Shown here piece after piece: positions 1-9,921 of a stretch of DNA of 64,000 bases. The notes beneath the pieces are model-generated. The model did not search any database. It saw only the letters and a program-made list of their open reading frames with translations, and was not told the origin of the DNA. The stretch is from Bacteroidia bacterium (GTDB lineage Bacteria; Bacteroidota; Bacteroidia; UKL13-3). A program made the position numbers and the translations under genes. How positions within the stretch are numbered: the stretch's first letter is position 1; each line of letters starts with the position of its first letter. Location: positions 2,936,167 to 3,000,166 of the forward strand of contig OZ257140.1 in NCBI GenBank assembly GCA_965279165.1. The letters are read 5' to 3'.

Positions 1-1
1 C

Positions 2-1744
2 AAGTTTATGGTTGCCGGGGTTAATGCCGGTAGGCGCCGTGCATTGCCATTCATTGACGATTTTTCCGGATCGGTTCTTTACCCCGATCAGAGAAACTGG
101 TCTACCAAACATACGTATATCAACAACCATTTTCCTGTTCGTCCTCCAAGTGTAAATGTGGCGACTTTCGATGCACTGGATAAAAATGGTAACGCTTACA
201 TTACCGGTACTCGTTACAGTGATACCTTGACTTCCGTTTCCATCAATTTGTCTTCCTTAAGTGCATCCGATACCGGAGTTTATTTAAGTTTCTGGGTCGA
301 ACCGAAAGGTTTAGGCGATTCACCAAATCAATCCGATTCGTTGATACTCGAATTTCGTAATTCGGCAACAAACAATACTGCTTACCGCAATGTTTGGAAA
401 GGAGCCAGAAGTGCGTATCCAACAGATACTTTTACTTTGGTTACCATTCATTTGGATACCAATTGGTTTCATGATGATTTTCAATTTCGATTTAAGAATG
501 TAAGTACAAAATACGGTAACTTAAACCATTGGCATTTGGATTACGTGCGATTAGATAAATCAGGGCTCGCTGCCATGTCTTATTATAATGATGTGGCATT
601 GAGTGAAACACCCGGAACGATGATTACGCCTTATACTTCGATGCCGTATACGCATTTTGCTGTCAATCCCGCAGGTTTTTTAAAATCATCGCAAACAATT
701 AAAGCCTTTAATAATGCAGCAACTGCAAAACCAATTTCCTGGAGTCGCGAAATCTTTAACCCTTCGGGTGCACGTATCGATACTTTTGGAAGCGGACAAG
801 GAAATGTGATTCGTGAAATAACAGCTATTCTTCCGGGAATAAGTAACCTTAATACTGCACCAAACTCGGATTCTACTGTGTTTTCTGCTCGATATACATC
901 CACTACATTTGGTTCCGGAGATAATAATATTTTATCAAACGATACTGCTTCGGTTGTAACAGTATTCAGTAATTATTATGCTTACGATGATGGATCTGCT
1001 GAAAACGGATATGCCATTCAAAATACAACAGGAAAGGTGGCTTTGGAGTACAATTTAACCAAATCTGATACACTTTTTGGAGTTACGATGTTTTTTAACC
1101 AATCGGTATCAGATGTTAGTACACGCAATTTTGATTTGTTGGTTTGGCGTAATATCAATACCAATGGTAACGGAACGGGTGAAGATGAATTGGGAAGGTA
1201 TTCTCTTTTGTCGCCGGTGTATACCAATTCAATAAACGGATTCTATTTTTATAAGTTTGTTAACCCAATTATTTTACCTGCTGGTAAATTCTATATAGGA
1301 TGGTCGCAATCACAAATATTTAGTTTAAATATTGGGTTGGATGAAAATTATTTCGCAGGAAACAGTGCGGTAAACCCCAATATGTATTACTTTTTGGATG
1401 ATATTGGAGTGTGGCAACAAACAACACTCACCGGTGCTTTGATGCTACGTCCGGTTATTGGAAAGTGGCTTGATCCTCCTGTTTCTGTCGGAACGGTTTA
1501 TGCCAAAGAAGAACCTTCCTTATCTGTATATCCAAACCCTGCACAAGACTATATCTATATTAAAGGTTGGTCCGATAAACCTTACACAATTTGCTTATTG
1601 GATATTTCCGGACGTACCGTTGTTCAACCGATGCTGGTTAAAGATAAACTTGATTTACCCGAGTTACCTGCCGGGATGTATTTTGTGCATGTTATCGACG
1701 ACAAAGGAATTAATCGGGTAAAGAAAATTCTTATCCAGCGGTAA
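2..1744 (+). CDS. T9SS type A C-terminal sorting domain-containing secreted protein (5' partial, continues upstream of window)
   Basis: The ORF is open to the window edge and the ATG at 8 has no signal peptide after it, so the true start is probably upstream. The last ~80 aa (YPNPAQDYIYIKGW...GMYFVHVIDDKGINRVKKILI) match the Por/T9SS type A CTD pattern. The protein is rich in N/T/S, typical of adhesin-like repeat proteins. Confidence 0.75.
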   Translation, partial: KFMVAGVNAGRRRALPFIDDFSGSVLYPDQRNWSTKHTYINNHFPVRPPSVNVATFDALDKNGNAYITGTRYSDTLTSVSINLSSLSASDTGVYLSFWVEPKGLGDSPNQSDSLILEFRNSATNNTAYRNVWKGARSAYPTDTFTLVTIHLDTNWFHDDFQFRFKNVSTKYGNLNHWHLDYVRLDKSGLAAMSYYNDVALSETPGTMITPYTSMPYTHFAVNPAGFLKSSQTIKAFNNAATAKPISWSREIFNPSGARIDTFGSGQGNVIREITAILPGISNLNTAPNSDSTVFSARYTSTTFGSGDNNILSNDTASVVTVFSNYYAYDDGSAENGYAIQNTTGKVALEYNLTKSDTLFGVTMFFNQSVSDVSTRNFDLLVWRNINTNGNGTGEDELGRYSLLSPVYTNSINGFYFYKFVNPIILPAGKFYIGWSQSQIFSLNIGLDENYFAGNSAVNPNMYYFLDDIGVWQQTTLTGALMLRPVIGKWLDPPVSVGTVYAKEEPSLSVYPNPAQDYIYIKGWSDKPYTICLLDISGRTVVQPMLVKDKLDLPELPAGMYFVHVIDDKGINRVKKILIQR

Positions 1745-1781
1745 ACTTCATGTAATTGTTTTATTTTCGTATCAAACAAGG

Positions 1782-2093
1782 ATGATTATGCACGATATAA
1801 CAATTGAAGAATTGAAAGAAAGAATGGATAAAGGGGAGTCTTTAAACATTATTGATGTGCGGGAAGTGCACGAGTTTGATGAATTCAATATTGGAGCTAA
1901 ACTCATACCTTTAGGACATTTACCTGAACGCATTCACGAACTGGAAGCTTTTAAGGATAAAGAATTGATTCTCCATTGCCGTTCCGGAAACCGTAGCGGT
2001 CAAGCCAAACTTTTTTTGGAAGACCTTGGTTTTACAGGTGTTCGCAATCTGTTAGGAGGTATGCTGGCTTGGCAAGATAAATATGGGTCATAA
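1782..2093 (+). CDS. single-domain rhodanese-like sulfurtransferase
   Basis: 103 aa with the active-site loop HCRSGNRSG (Cys-X-X-Gly-X-X-Arg) of rhodanese/Cdc25-fold proteins. Confidence 0.85.
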   Translation: MIMHDITIEELKERMDKGESLNIIDVREVHEFDEFNIGAKLIPLGHLPERIHELEAFKDKELILHCRSGNRSGQAKLFLEDLGFTGVRNLLGGMLAWQDKYGS

Positions 2094-2098
2094 TCTTA

Positions 2099-4045
2099 TT
2101 GCCCATGAAAAGGATAATAAGTAAAGTACGAACTTATCCCGTAACTTCATTCCTATTAATAGCAATTTTTATTTCGGTTTTTGTAACCTTACAATGGAGT
2201 TGTAATGACAACCAATCAGTTGAAAAATCACTCTATTTAAACCACAACGATTCGGTTAAATATGTTGGTATGCAAACTTGCCAATCCTGTCATGCCGCTA
2301 TCTATAATTCATTTATACAAACCGGCATGGGTAGTTCGTTTGGGTTGGCCACACGAATAAAAAGTGCAGCTAATTTTGGAACACATCATGTTGTTTTCGA
2401 TAAGTACAACAACTTTTATTACTATCCGTTTTGGAGAAACGATTCGATGTTTATATCCGAATTCAGATTAAAAGAAAAAGATACTATTTATAAACGAACC
2501 GAATATGTAAAGTATATCATTGGATCGGGTCAACATACCAATTCACATCTAATGGAGGTAAATGGTTATATATACCAATTGCCATTAACTTGGTATTCGC
2601 AAAGCAAAAAATGGGACTTGCCTCCCGGATTTGAAAAGGGCAGAAACGTAAGGTTTAACAGAGATATTGGTTTTGAATGCATGAGTTGCCATAATGCATT
2701 ACCCGATTTTGTAGAAAATTCAACCAATAAATTCACCAATATTCCACAAGGTATTGATTGTGAAAGATGCCATGGGCCGGGCGAAATGCACGTAAAAGAA
2801 AGACTTACCGGCAGCAAAGTGGATACTTCTCAAATGCCGGATTATACGATTGTAAATCCGAAACGATTAACATGGGAATTACAAACAGATATATGTCAGC
2901 GATGCCATTTACAAGGAAATGCCGTTGTTAAGCACGGTAAATCATTTTCCGATTTTAGACCTGGAAAACATTTGTCGGATTACATGGATATTTACATGCC
3001 TAAGTACATCGGACATGAAGAAGAATTCATCATGGCAAGTCATGCACAACGTTTACAAATGAGTAAGTGTTTTATCAATGCGGATCAATCCAAAGCATTA
3101 ACCTGTATCACTTGTCATAATCCACATGTGAGTGTTAAAGTAACAGGTAAACAAATTTTTAACAATGCTTGTATACAATGCCACCAAGACAATAAAACCT
3201 GCACCGAAACAACCGCCCTACGAATGGCAAAAGAAGATAATTGCTGGGGTTGTCATATGCCTAAATCAGGTACCATTGATATTCCGCATGTAACGGTTAC
3301 CGATCACTTTATCCGAAAACCATTAAAGAAAAGAGTAAAGGATGAATTGAAAATATTTGCAGGAATATATTGCATCAATAATAAATCGAGTGACCAGGAA
3401 ACCAAGGCGAAGGCATACCTAGCTTATCGGGAAAAATTTGAAGGTGAAATGACTGCTTTGGATTCGGCAGAAAAGATCGTACAATCCTTAGGAAATACGG
3501 AAAATTCAAACATCGTATTGCGTATTCATTTGTTGTTTTTACGCAATGATTATTTGGGAATTATACGGTTAATAAAAAATATACAAATCCAAAGTTTAAA
3601 TGATCCGTGGACATGCTATCGTATCGGTCAGTCATACCAAAATGTGCAACAAAATGAAATGGCATATTCATGGTATGCAGAAGCAAATCGATTGGCACCC
3701 GAGAATCTTGATTTTGCCAATAAGCAAGGTGCAATATTAATTGCAATGGGAAAGGTGGAAGAAGGAATTCGATTGCTTGAAACATTGATAAAAACGCAGC
3801 CCAAACAACCTGAAGTATTGACAAATATTGGTTTTGGTTATGTAGTTCAGAAGCAATACGAATTGGCAATGAGATATTACGACCAGTCGCTTTCACTAAA
3901 TCCCGATATGCAACAAACCTTGTATAACAAAGCCGCCTTGTGTAATTTGTTAGGCCGAAAAATGGAAGCGAAAGCAATCCTTTTGCAATTATTGAAAAAG
4001 GATCCTACCAATAACCAACTTCAACAAATTTTAGAAACCATATAA
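2099..4045 (+). CDS. multiheme c-type cytochrome with C-terminal TPR repeats
   Basis: There is an N-terminal TM helix and seven CxxCH heme-binding motifs (CQSCH, CMSCH, CERCH, CQRCH, CITCH, CIQCH, CWGCH). The C-terminal third has TPR-like repeats (YRIGQSYQNVQQNEMAYSWYAEANRLAPEN...). Confidence 0.8.
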   Translation: MPMKRIISKVRTYPVTSFLLIAIFISVFVTLQWSCNDNQSVEKSLYLNHNDSVKYVGMQTCQSCHAAIYNSFIQTGMGSSFGLATRIKSAANFGTHHVVFDKYNNFYYYPFWRNDSMFISEFRLKEKDTIYKRTEYVKYIIGSGQHTNSHLMEVNGYIYQLPLTWYSQSKKWDLPPGFEKGRNVRFNRDIGFECMSCHNALPDFVENSTNKFTNIPQGIDCERCHGPGEMHVKERLTGSKVDTSQMPDYTIVNPKRLTWELQTDICQRCHLQGNAVVKHGKSFSDFRPGKHLSDYMDIYMPKYIGHEEEFIMASHAQRLQMSKCFINADQSKALTCITCHNPHVSVKVTGKQIFNNACIQCHQDNKTCTETTALRMAKEDNCWGCHMPKSGTIDIPHVTVTDHFIRKPLKKRVKDELKIFAGIYCINNKSSDQETKAKAYLAYREKFEGEMTALDSAEKIVQSLGNTENSNIVLRIHLLFLRNDYLGIIRLIKNIQIQSLNDPWTCYRIGQSYQNVQQNEMAYSWYAEANRLAPENLDFANKQGAILIAMGKVEEGIRLLETLIKTQPKQPEVLTNIGFGYVVQKQYELAMRYYDQSLSLNPDMQQTLYNKAALCNLLGRKMEAKAILLQLLKKDPTNNQLQQILETI

Positions 4046-4047
4046 GG

Positions 4048-5097
4048 ATGGCTAAGAAAAGTACAGGAGAGAAAAAAACGATTTTGCGCATTACATTGGT
4101 ATTGTTGCTAATTCTATTGTTTTCGGCAGGCTTAAAAATTTACGAAGAAGTTTTTGCCGATAATGTGAAAGAATCAACCGGAACAACCTATCTCTTTTAT
4201 TATACCAACAAATCAATGGATGAAAATTTTAGGGAAATTGCTACGCAAAAGGTGTTGAAGAAACCGGCCTCCTTGCAACGGATTTTATGGTTAACCGGAT
4301 ATAGCGATATGGTAAAGCCCGGAAGATACAAGCTGAAAAGTGATGATAGTAATTTGGACCTATTACGTATGATGGTAACCGGTAGGCAGGAACCTATGGA
4401 TATTGTTTTTACACAAGCAAACCGATTAAGTGATATTGCCGGTTTCTGGGGTAACCAACTGGAGGCGGATAGTTCCGAAATTGAATATTTACTTCAAAGT
4501 AATCTTTTGCAAGATTCCTTTCAACTGGATATATATAACCGTATTTCATTTTTTATTCCCAATACCTATAATTTTTACTGGAATACGTCAGCCGATAAAT
4601 TAATCAGTAGAATGATGAAGGAATACCGCAGTTTCTGGGATTCAACAAAAAAAGCCAATGCTGCACAATTGAATTTATCTATTCAGGAAATTGCAGTTTT
4701 GGCTTCTATAGTACAAAAAGAAACCAATAAGGTAAATGAAATACCTGTTGTAGCCGGTGTTTATTATAACCGTTTGGCTAAGAAAATGCCACTACAAGCA
4801 GATCCTACCATCTTGTTTGTATTAAACGATAATCGGATTAAGAGAGTAGGAGGAGAGATGTTAAAAATTAATTCGCCTTACAATACTTACACCAATGTTG
4901 GATTACCACCCGGACCAATATGCATGCCATCTGTGCAGGCAATTAATGCTGTTCTACATTTGAAAAAGCACAAGTACTTGTATTTTTGTGCGAAGGAAGA
5001 TTTCTCAGGCTACCATAATTTTGCAGTAGATTTTAATGGTCATCAGTTAAATGCAAGAAAATACCAGCGGGCATTAAACAAAAAAGGAATTAAATAG
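4048..5097 (+). CDS. mltG: endolytic murein transglycosylase MltG (YceG family)
   Basis: It has an N-terminal TM segment and the conserved YceG/MltG motifs (YYNRLAKKMPLQADPTILF ... NSPYNTYTNVGLPPGPICMPS). Confidence 0.85.
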   Translation: MAKKSTGEKKTILRITLVLLLILLFSAGLKIYEEVFADNVKESTGTTYLFYYTNKSMDENFREIATQKVLKKPASLQRILWLTGYSDMVKPGRYKLKSDDSNLDLLRMMVTGRQEPMDIVFTQANRLSDIAGFWGNQLEADSSEIEYLLQSNLLQDSFQLDIYNRISFFIPNTYNFYWNTSADKLISRMMKEYRSFWDSTKKANAAQLNLSIQEIAVLASIVQKETNKVNEIPVVAGVYYNRLAKKMPLQADPTILFVLNDNRIKRVGGEMLKINSPYNTYTNVGLPPGPICMPSVQAINAVLHLKKHKYLYFCAKEDFSGYHNFAVDFNGHQLNARKYQRALNKKGIK

Positions 5098-5611
5098 TAC
5101 TTAATGTTTTAGTTGGTGAGAATGCTGAAAAGGGGACTTCTATTTTTAAGAGGCAAGAGGCAAGAGGCATTAGACAGGAGGCAAGAGTATGTTGCCTTAT
5201 AAATTTTCATACAAATGGAAATGATTCTCCGTATTGAAGTACTAATTGTTTTAGTTACAGAGCCAATTTATTTTCTGACTTTTCAATAATTGTAGCCCTG
5301 AAAGGGCGACATATCCAAGCATCCTGCGAAGCAGGTTGATAACCGATAAAATTATTCATCACAGCCCTGAAAGGGCGACATATCTTTTTCGAAGAGTTAA
5401 GTTTTAGTACCAGATGTTTTGTGGTGCATTACATTGTAGGTAAGCTTTTTTGTTAAAAAGATGACTGACAAGGTAGTTTCTATTGTATCCAATCGCACCA
5501 CTGCACCATTCCCCATTCATAATTCATAATTCATAATTGTATCTCAAACTTCTATTAATCTGTATTATTCTACTTTAATAAACTATCTTTGATTTACAAA
5601 TAAATACCACT

Positions 5612-6244
5612 ATGAATACCAATTACGAAGAACAAATAAAAAACTGGATGTCCGATTGGCGCAAACGTTTCGAAGAAATGCAAGTACAATTTTCACTTGG
5701 TAAAATGGATGCAACCGAAACCTTTGAAAAGCAAAAGGAAATGTTGCGTAATGCAATTGTGGAATGGAAAAGTAACTTGGATAAGGCCGGCGACAAAGGA
5801 GAGGAGACGGTGACCGAAATGAAAGCGAAAATGGAATCTTTGATGTTGCAACTTAATTTAGGTAAAGCTGAAGGGAAAGATCTTTTCGAAGAACAACGCA
5901 AGAAAATCGAATTGGCTTTGCATGAAATCAAAGTATCAGCCAAAACCAATTACGATGAAAAGTTCAATGAGATGATGACTGTATTTGAAACCAGCAGCCG
6001 CGCCTTTAAAACCGGATTGGAAATTTTACAACTGCAATTTGCTTTGGCAAAAATGGATTTGAAAACAGATGCCAAAGAAATGCAAGAACAGGTAAAGGAT
6101 AAAATCGCTGAGATTACCAACTCCTACAAAGAACTGCAACAAATTGGCATGCAAAACCTCGAAGACTGGGGCAAACAAATGCAAGCCGGTTACGAAAAAA
6201 TGAAAACGATGTCGGAAGATTGGTTGAAAAAGATGAAGGGATAG
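5612..6244 (+). CDS. hypothetical alpha-helical protein with three internal ~45-aa repeats
   Basis: 210 aa, K/E/M/Q-rich, no signal peptide. The motif Q(F/L)xL(G/A)K(M/A)(D/E) recurs three times. Tandem-repeat islands flank it on both sides. Confidence 0.5.
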   Translation: MNTNYEEQIKNWMSDWRKRFEEMQVQFSLGKMDATETFEKQKEMLRNAIVEWKSNLDKAGDKGEETVTEMKAKMESLMLQLNLGKAEGKDLFEEQRKKIELALHEIKVSAKTNYDEKFNEMMTVFETSSRAFKTGLEILQLQFALAKMDLKTDAKEMQEQVKDKIAEITNSYKELQQIGMQNLEDWGKQMQAGYEKMKTMSEDWLKKMKG

Positions 6245-6249
6245 CTACA

Positions 6250-6318
6250 CTTATATCTTATAACTTATATCTTATAACTTATATCTTATAACTTATAACT
6301 TATATCTTAAACTTATCC
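6250..6318. repeat. CTTATATCTTATAA/AACTTAT tandem repeat island between convergent genes
   Basis: (cttatatcttataa)x3 plus partial units fill the whole gap between the stop of 5612-6244 (+) and the stop of 6313-7560 (-). Reverse-orientation relatives (ataagtt/ataagag) are at 50660-50697, directly after the 1606-aa gene stop. Confidence 0.85.
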
Positions 6319-7560
6319 TAAGTTAATTTTCAATCGCTGTCCGCTTTTAACCGTCTTACCTTTTAGGTGATTCCACTTACGGATTTCTTTAACGGTAACA
6401 CCATATTTATCGGCAATTTTTGCAAGGTTATCGCCACGTTTTACTTTGTAAGTTATTTTAGATCCGGATTTGGTTGTTGTAGCGTATTTGCTTCTCGAAT
6501 TATTTAGTGCGATTAATACTGAATCTTGGTTCGACTTAAAGTCGGGATTGGTTTGTAAAGTGGTAAATAATTGTGCTTTGTGGTAAGGTAAATGGATAGT
6601 AACTGCAGTATTCGACATCGGTAACATACCTCTCTTTAAGGCAGGATTATATTGTTTAAGCTCCTCCGGATTCATGGCAAGGGCTTCTGCTAAACTATTT
6701 AAGTTATATCGATTATCAACTAAAATGGTATCCATATAATAGTTGATCTGCACATTTTCGTCGGGATAAATATTGTGCTCCGAAGCATAATTCATTAAGT
6801 AAGCTGCTGCAACAAACGCAGGAACATAACCACGGGTTTCTCTTGGAAGGTATTTTTGAATTGCCCAGAAATTCTTGATTCCTCCGGCTTTGCGAATTGC
6901 TTTATTTACATTTCCCGGTCCACAGTTGTACGAGGCTATTACCAATAACCAGTCGCCATAAATACGATAAGAATTTGCCAGATATTTTATTGCAGCATCA
7001 GTCGATTTTTGAACATCCCTTCTTTCATCATAGGAAGCAGTTGTTTTTAATCCGTACATTCTGCCTGTAGGTGCCATAAACTGCCACATGCCGGCTGCGC
7101 CAACCGGTGATGTTGCCATTGGATTTAAAGCGGATTCAATAACAGCCAGATATTTTAACTCAATCGGTAAACCACTTCTATCGAGTGCTTGTTCAAATGC
7201 TGGAAAATATAATTTAGACCAGGAAAGTACTTTGGCTGATAATTTACGTCTGCGTAAGGTATATAAATCGATATATGGCCTTACAAACTCATTGTACTCT
7301 AAGGGAATTCTCGATTCTAAAATCGAAAGCCGATAAGCATAAACCGAATCTGCATAAATTGGAACATCTTGAACATCAAATCCGTATACATTTAAATCGC
7401 CTGAGGTTACTTGAGGGTATAAACGGCTGTTTAATTTCAGGGTATTGGTATCAATCAACGACAACATTTCTTCATCCGCTACAAATGTGCCTCTAACTTG
7501 GGTAAATCCAAGTTGGGTTAAGGTTAAAAGTATGCTTAAGACGAATGCGTGTTTTCTCAT
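6313..7560 (-). CDS. membrane-bound lytic murein transglycosylase (SLT domain) with C-terminal LysM domain, MltD-like
   Basis: It has a signal peptide and an SLT catalytic core (ESALNPMATSPVGAAGMWQFMAPTGR ... ASYNCGPGNV). The C-terminal LysM is YKVKRGDNLAKIADKYGVTVKEIRKWN. Confidence 0.85.
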   Translation of the reverse strand: MRKHAFVLSILLTLTQLGFTQVRGTFVADEEMLSLIDTNTLKLNSRLYPQVTSGDLNVYGFDVQDVPIYADSVYAYRLSILESRIPLEYNEFVRPYIDLYTLRRRKLSAKVLSWSKLYFPAFEQALDRSGLPIELKYLAVIESALNPMATSPVGAAGMWQFMAPTGRMYGLKTTASYDERRDVQKSTDAAIKYLANSYRIYGDWLLVIASYNCGPGNVNKAIRKAGGIKNFWAIQKYLPRETRGYVPAFVAAAYLMNYASEHNIYPDENVQINYYMDTILVDNRYNLNSLAEALAMNPEELKQYNPALKRGMLPMSNTAVTIHLPYHKAQLFTTLQTNPDFKSNQDSVLIALNNSRSKYATTTKSGSKITYKVKRGDNLAKIADKYGVTVKEIRKWNHLKGKTVKSGQRLKINLG

Positions 7561-7884
7561 ATTTTAAAATAAATGGCTTTTTTACGGGATAACTTGAAAG
7601 CCAAGATATACAAAAATAGTAAATTAGAAAAACATTTCCCAATTCCCTGCACAACCAAACGTAATTTATGTAGTATTAATTGTACAATATATCGTACCTA
7701 ACCGGTTAGAAACCATGGTATGCCTAACCAAAGCCAAACGGATGGCGCTTTTATTCCCAATGATAAGGAAGTGGTTATTTTGGTGCATTTTCAAGAAAAG
7801 CGTTTTACCGGAGAAAAGATGCCAACCAATAATTCGTAAGGGTTAGGCATTTATGGGGTGAATTAAATACTTTTGCGTTAAGAG

Positions 7885-8820
7885 ATGAAGATATACCGAA
7901 GTTTAAAAGATATTCCCAAAATCAATAATGCTGTAGTTACACAAGGAACTTTTGATGGTGTTCATGCTGCCCATCAAGTGATTATCGATAAATTAAAGTC
8001 TGTTGCTGCCAATCATCAAGGCGAAACAGTGGTAGTAACTTTTCATCCGCATCCGCGCATTGTATTGTATCCCGACGACCATGGTTTAAAATTATTACAA
8101 TCGCTTGAAGAGAAGGTGGAAGTAATGGAGCACCTCGGAATTGATCATCTGATTGTGATTCCATTTACAAGGGAGTTTTCACGATTGAGTTCCATGCAAT
8201 TTATCCGCGATATTATTGTAAATCGAATTGGTGCCCGTTATTTGGTGGTTGGGTATAACCATCGGTTTGGTAAAAACAGAGAAGGCGACCACGACCAATT
8301 AAACGAATATGCTAGGTTATATGATTTTGAAGTGATCGAAATTCCGGAACAAGATATCGATAACATAGCAGTGAGTTCTACCAAAATCAGAAAAGCACTT
8401 GAAGCAGGAGATATTATAACCGCGAATAAGTATTTACTCAAACCATTTCTGTTAAAAGGAAAAGTAATCAAAGGCAAACAATTGGGAAGAACCATTGGAT
8501 TTCCAACTGCAAATATACTGGTAGATGATTTGGATAAATTAATTCCGGCCGATGGCGTTTATGCCGTAAATATTTTTATACACAATAAGAAGTACAAAGC
8601 CATGCTTAATTCGGGATATCGCCCAACCGTAAACGGAACCCACCATGCAATTGAGGTTCATGTATTTGACTTCAACCAAGAAATTTATGGGGAAGAAATT
8701 ACCATTCAGTTTGTTGATAAACTTAGGGAGGAGTTTAAGTTTGATAGCGTGGATGAATTAAGAAATCAGCTCGAAAAAGATAAATTGCATGCCTTATCAA
8801 AATTGGTAGCTGCAAATTGA
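7885..8820 (+). CDS. ribF: bifunctional riboflavin kinase / FMN adenylyltransferase
   Basis: The N-terminus GTFDGVHAAHQ is the FAD synthetase nucleotidyltransferase motif, and the C-terminal riboflavin kinase domain is present. Length is 311 aa. Confidence 0.9.
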   Translation: MKIYRSLKDIPKINNAVVTQGTFDGVHAAHQVIIDKLKSVAANHQGETVVVTFHPHPRIVLYPDDHGLKLLQSLEEKVEVMEHLGIDHLIVIPFTREFSRLSSMQFIRDIIVNRIGARYLVVGYNHRFGKNREGDHDQLNEYARLYDFEVIEIPEQDIDNIAVSSTKIRKALEAGDIITANKYLLKPFLLKGKVIKGKQLGRTIGFPTANILVDDLDKLIPADGVYAVNIFIHNKKYKAMLNSGYRPTVNGTHHAIEVHVFDFNQEIYGEEITIQFVDKLREEFKFDSVDELRNQLEKDKLHALSKLVAAN

Positions 8821-9767
8821 AAAAGTATTTATTACGTATATCTTTTATTCTTATAGTTAGTATCTGTTCCTCTGTTGTTTCCTTGTATGCACAAGTGGAA
8901 GAAGAAGATTCAGTAATTACACTGGAGGAAGTGGAGGAAGAAATGGAAGGTGACGATATTGATCCGAATTATACCGGATACTCTGACATTACATATTGGG
9001 ATGTTTTGCGCGACCCCAATATGAAATTTGATTCCACCTTAATACCGGCAACCGAATTCTATCCTTTTGGATGGGATACTATGACCATCAATCCATATAA
9101 AGTGGATTTAAGATCCATGAATGATACGATTTTGCTGGCTCTTCGGGATAGTATGGATTGTTCTTTTCACCCACCGGCAATCGGCGATTTAACTTCAACA
9201 TTTGGATTTCGAACTTGGGGAAGAAGGGCAAAATTTCACTATGGAGTAGATGTAAGGATGGAAGTTGGCGATCCGGTTTATGCGATTTTTGATGGAGTGG
9301 TAAGAATTGCAAAGCGAAGTGCAGACTATGGTTATGTGGTACTTATCCGCCATTATAATGGTATTGAAACCTTATACGCCCATTTTAATCAATTGTTGGT
9401 TTATACCGGTAAAACCGTAAGGTCAGGAGATATTATTGGTTTGGCGGGAACCACAGGAAGATCAACCGGACCACATTTACATTTTGAAGTAAGATTTAAA
9501 GGTGAAAAAGTCGACCCTAGTAAGATTATCTATTTCCCTAATGGATCATTGATGAGCGATACCTTACAAATTGACAAGAGTTGTTTCAAACATTTGTATG
9601 AGGTAAAAGCAAAAAAATTAAAATCTCGATATCATGTGGTAAGACGAGGCGAAACATTGGGTAAAATTGCTTATCGATATGGTACAAGTGTAAAAAATCT
9701 TGCCCGACTCAATGGAATCTCAACCAAAACCAAATTAAGAGCTGGCCGGCGTATTCGGATAAGATAA
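8817..9767 (+). CDS. M23 family peptidoglycan metalloendopeptidase with C-terminal LysM
   Basis: It uses a TTG start that overlaps the ribF stop, followed by a signal peptide. M23 motifs HYGVDV and GPHLHFEV are present, and the C-terminal LysM is YHVVRRGETLGKIAYRYGTSVKNLARLNGI. Confidence 0.85.
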   Translation: MKKYLLRISFILIVSICSSVVSLYAQVEEEDSVITLEEVEEEMEGDDIDPNYTGYSDITYWDVLRDPNMKFDSTLIPATEFYPFGWDTMTINPYKVDLRSMNDTILLALRDSMDCSFHPPAIGDLTSTFGFRTWGRRAKFHYGVDVRMEVGDPVYAIFDGVVRIAKRSADYGYVVLIRHYNGIETLYAHFNQLLVYTGKTVRSGDIIGLAGTTGRSTGPHLHFEVRFKGEKVDPSKIIYFPNGSLMSDTLQIDKSCFKHLYEVKAKKLKSRYHVVRRGETLGKIAYRYGTSVKNLARLNGISTKTKLRAGRRIRIR

Positions 9768-9921
9768 ATATGGGTAAAATAGCCTTCCACTGCCTATTAC
9801 TAAAACACACAGTACAAAAACACTAAGTGCACTCCTCAACAATTCAATATATCAACAGATCTTCTTATGACAAATTGTAATAATTGTTTATTTTCGTCCA
9901 CTTTTAAAGAATTATAGAAAT

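Noticed and set aside
7561-7884. Possible riboswitch or ncRNA upstream of ribF. A 10-bp stem atgcctaacc/ggttaggcat spans ~115 nt, and there is a 40-codon ORF.
   Set aside because: ribF is not normally FMN-riboswitch controlled. I see no FMN-aptamer conserved motifs, the stem has a very long loop, and the small ORF has no support. I left it unannotated.
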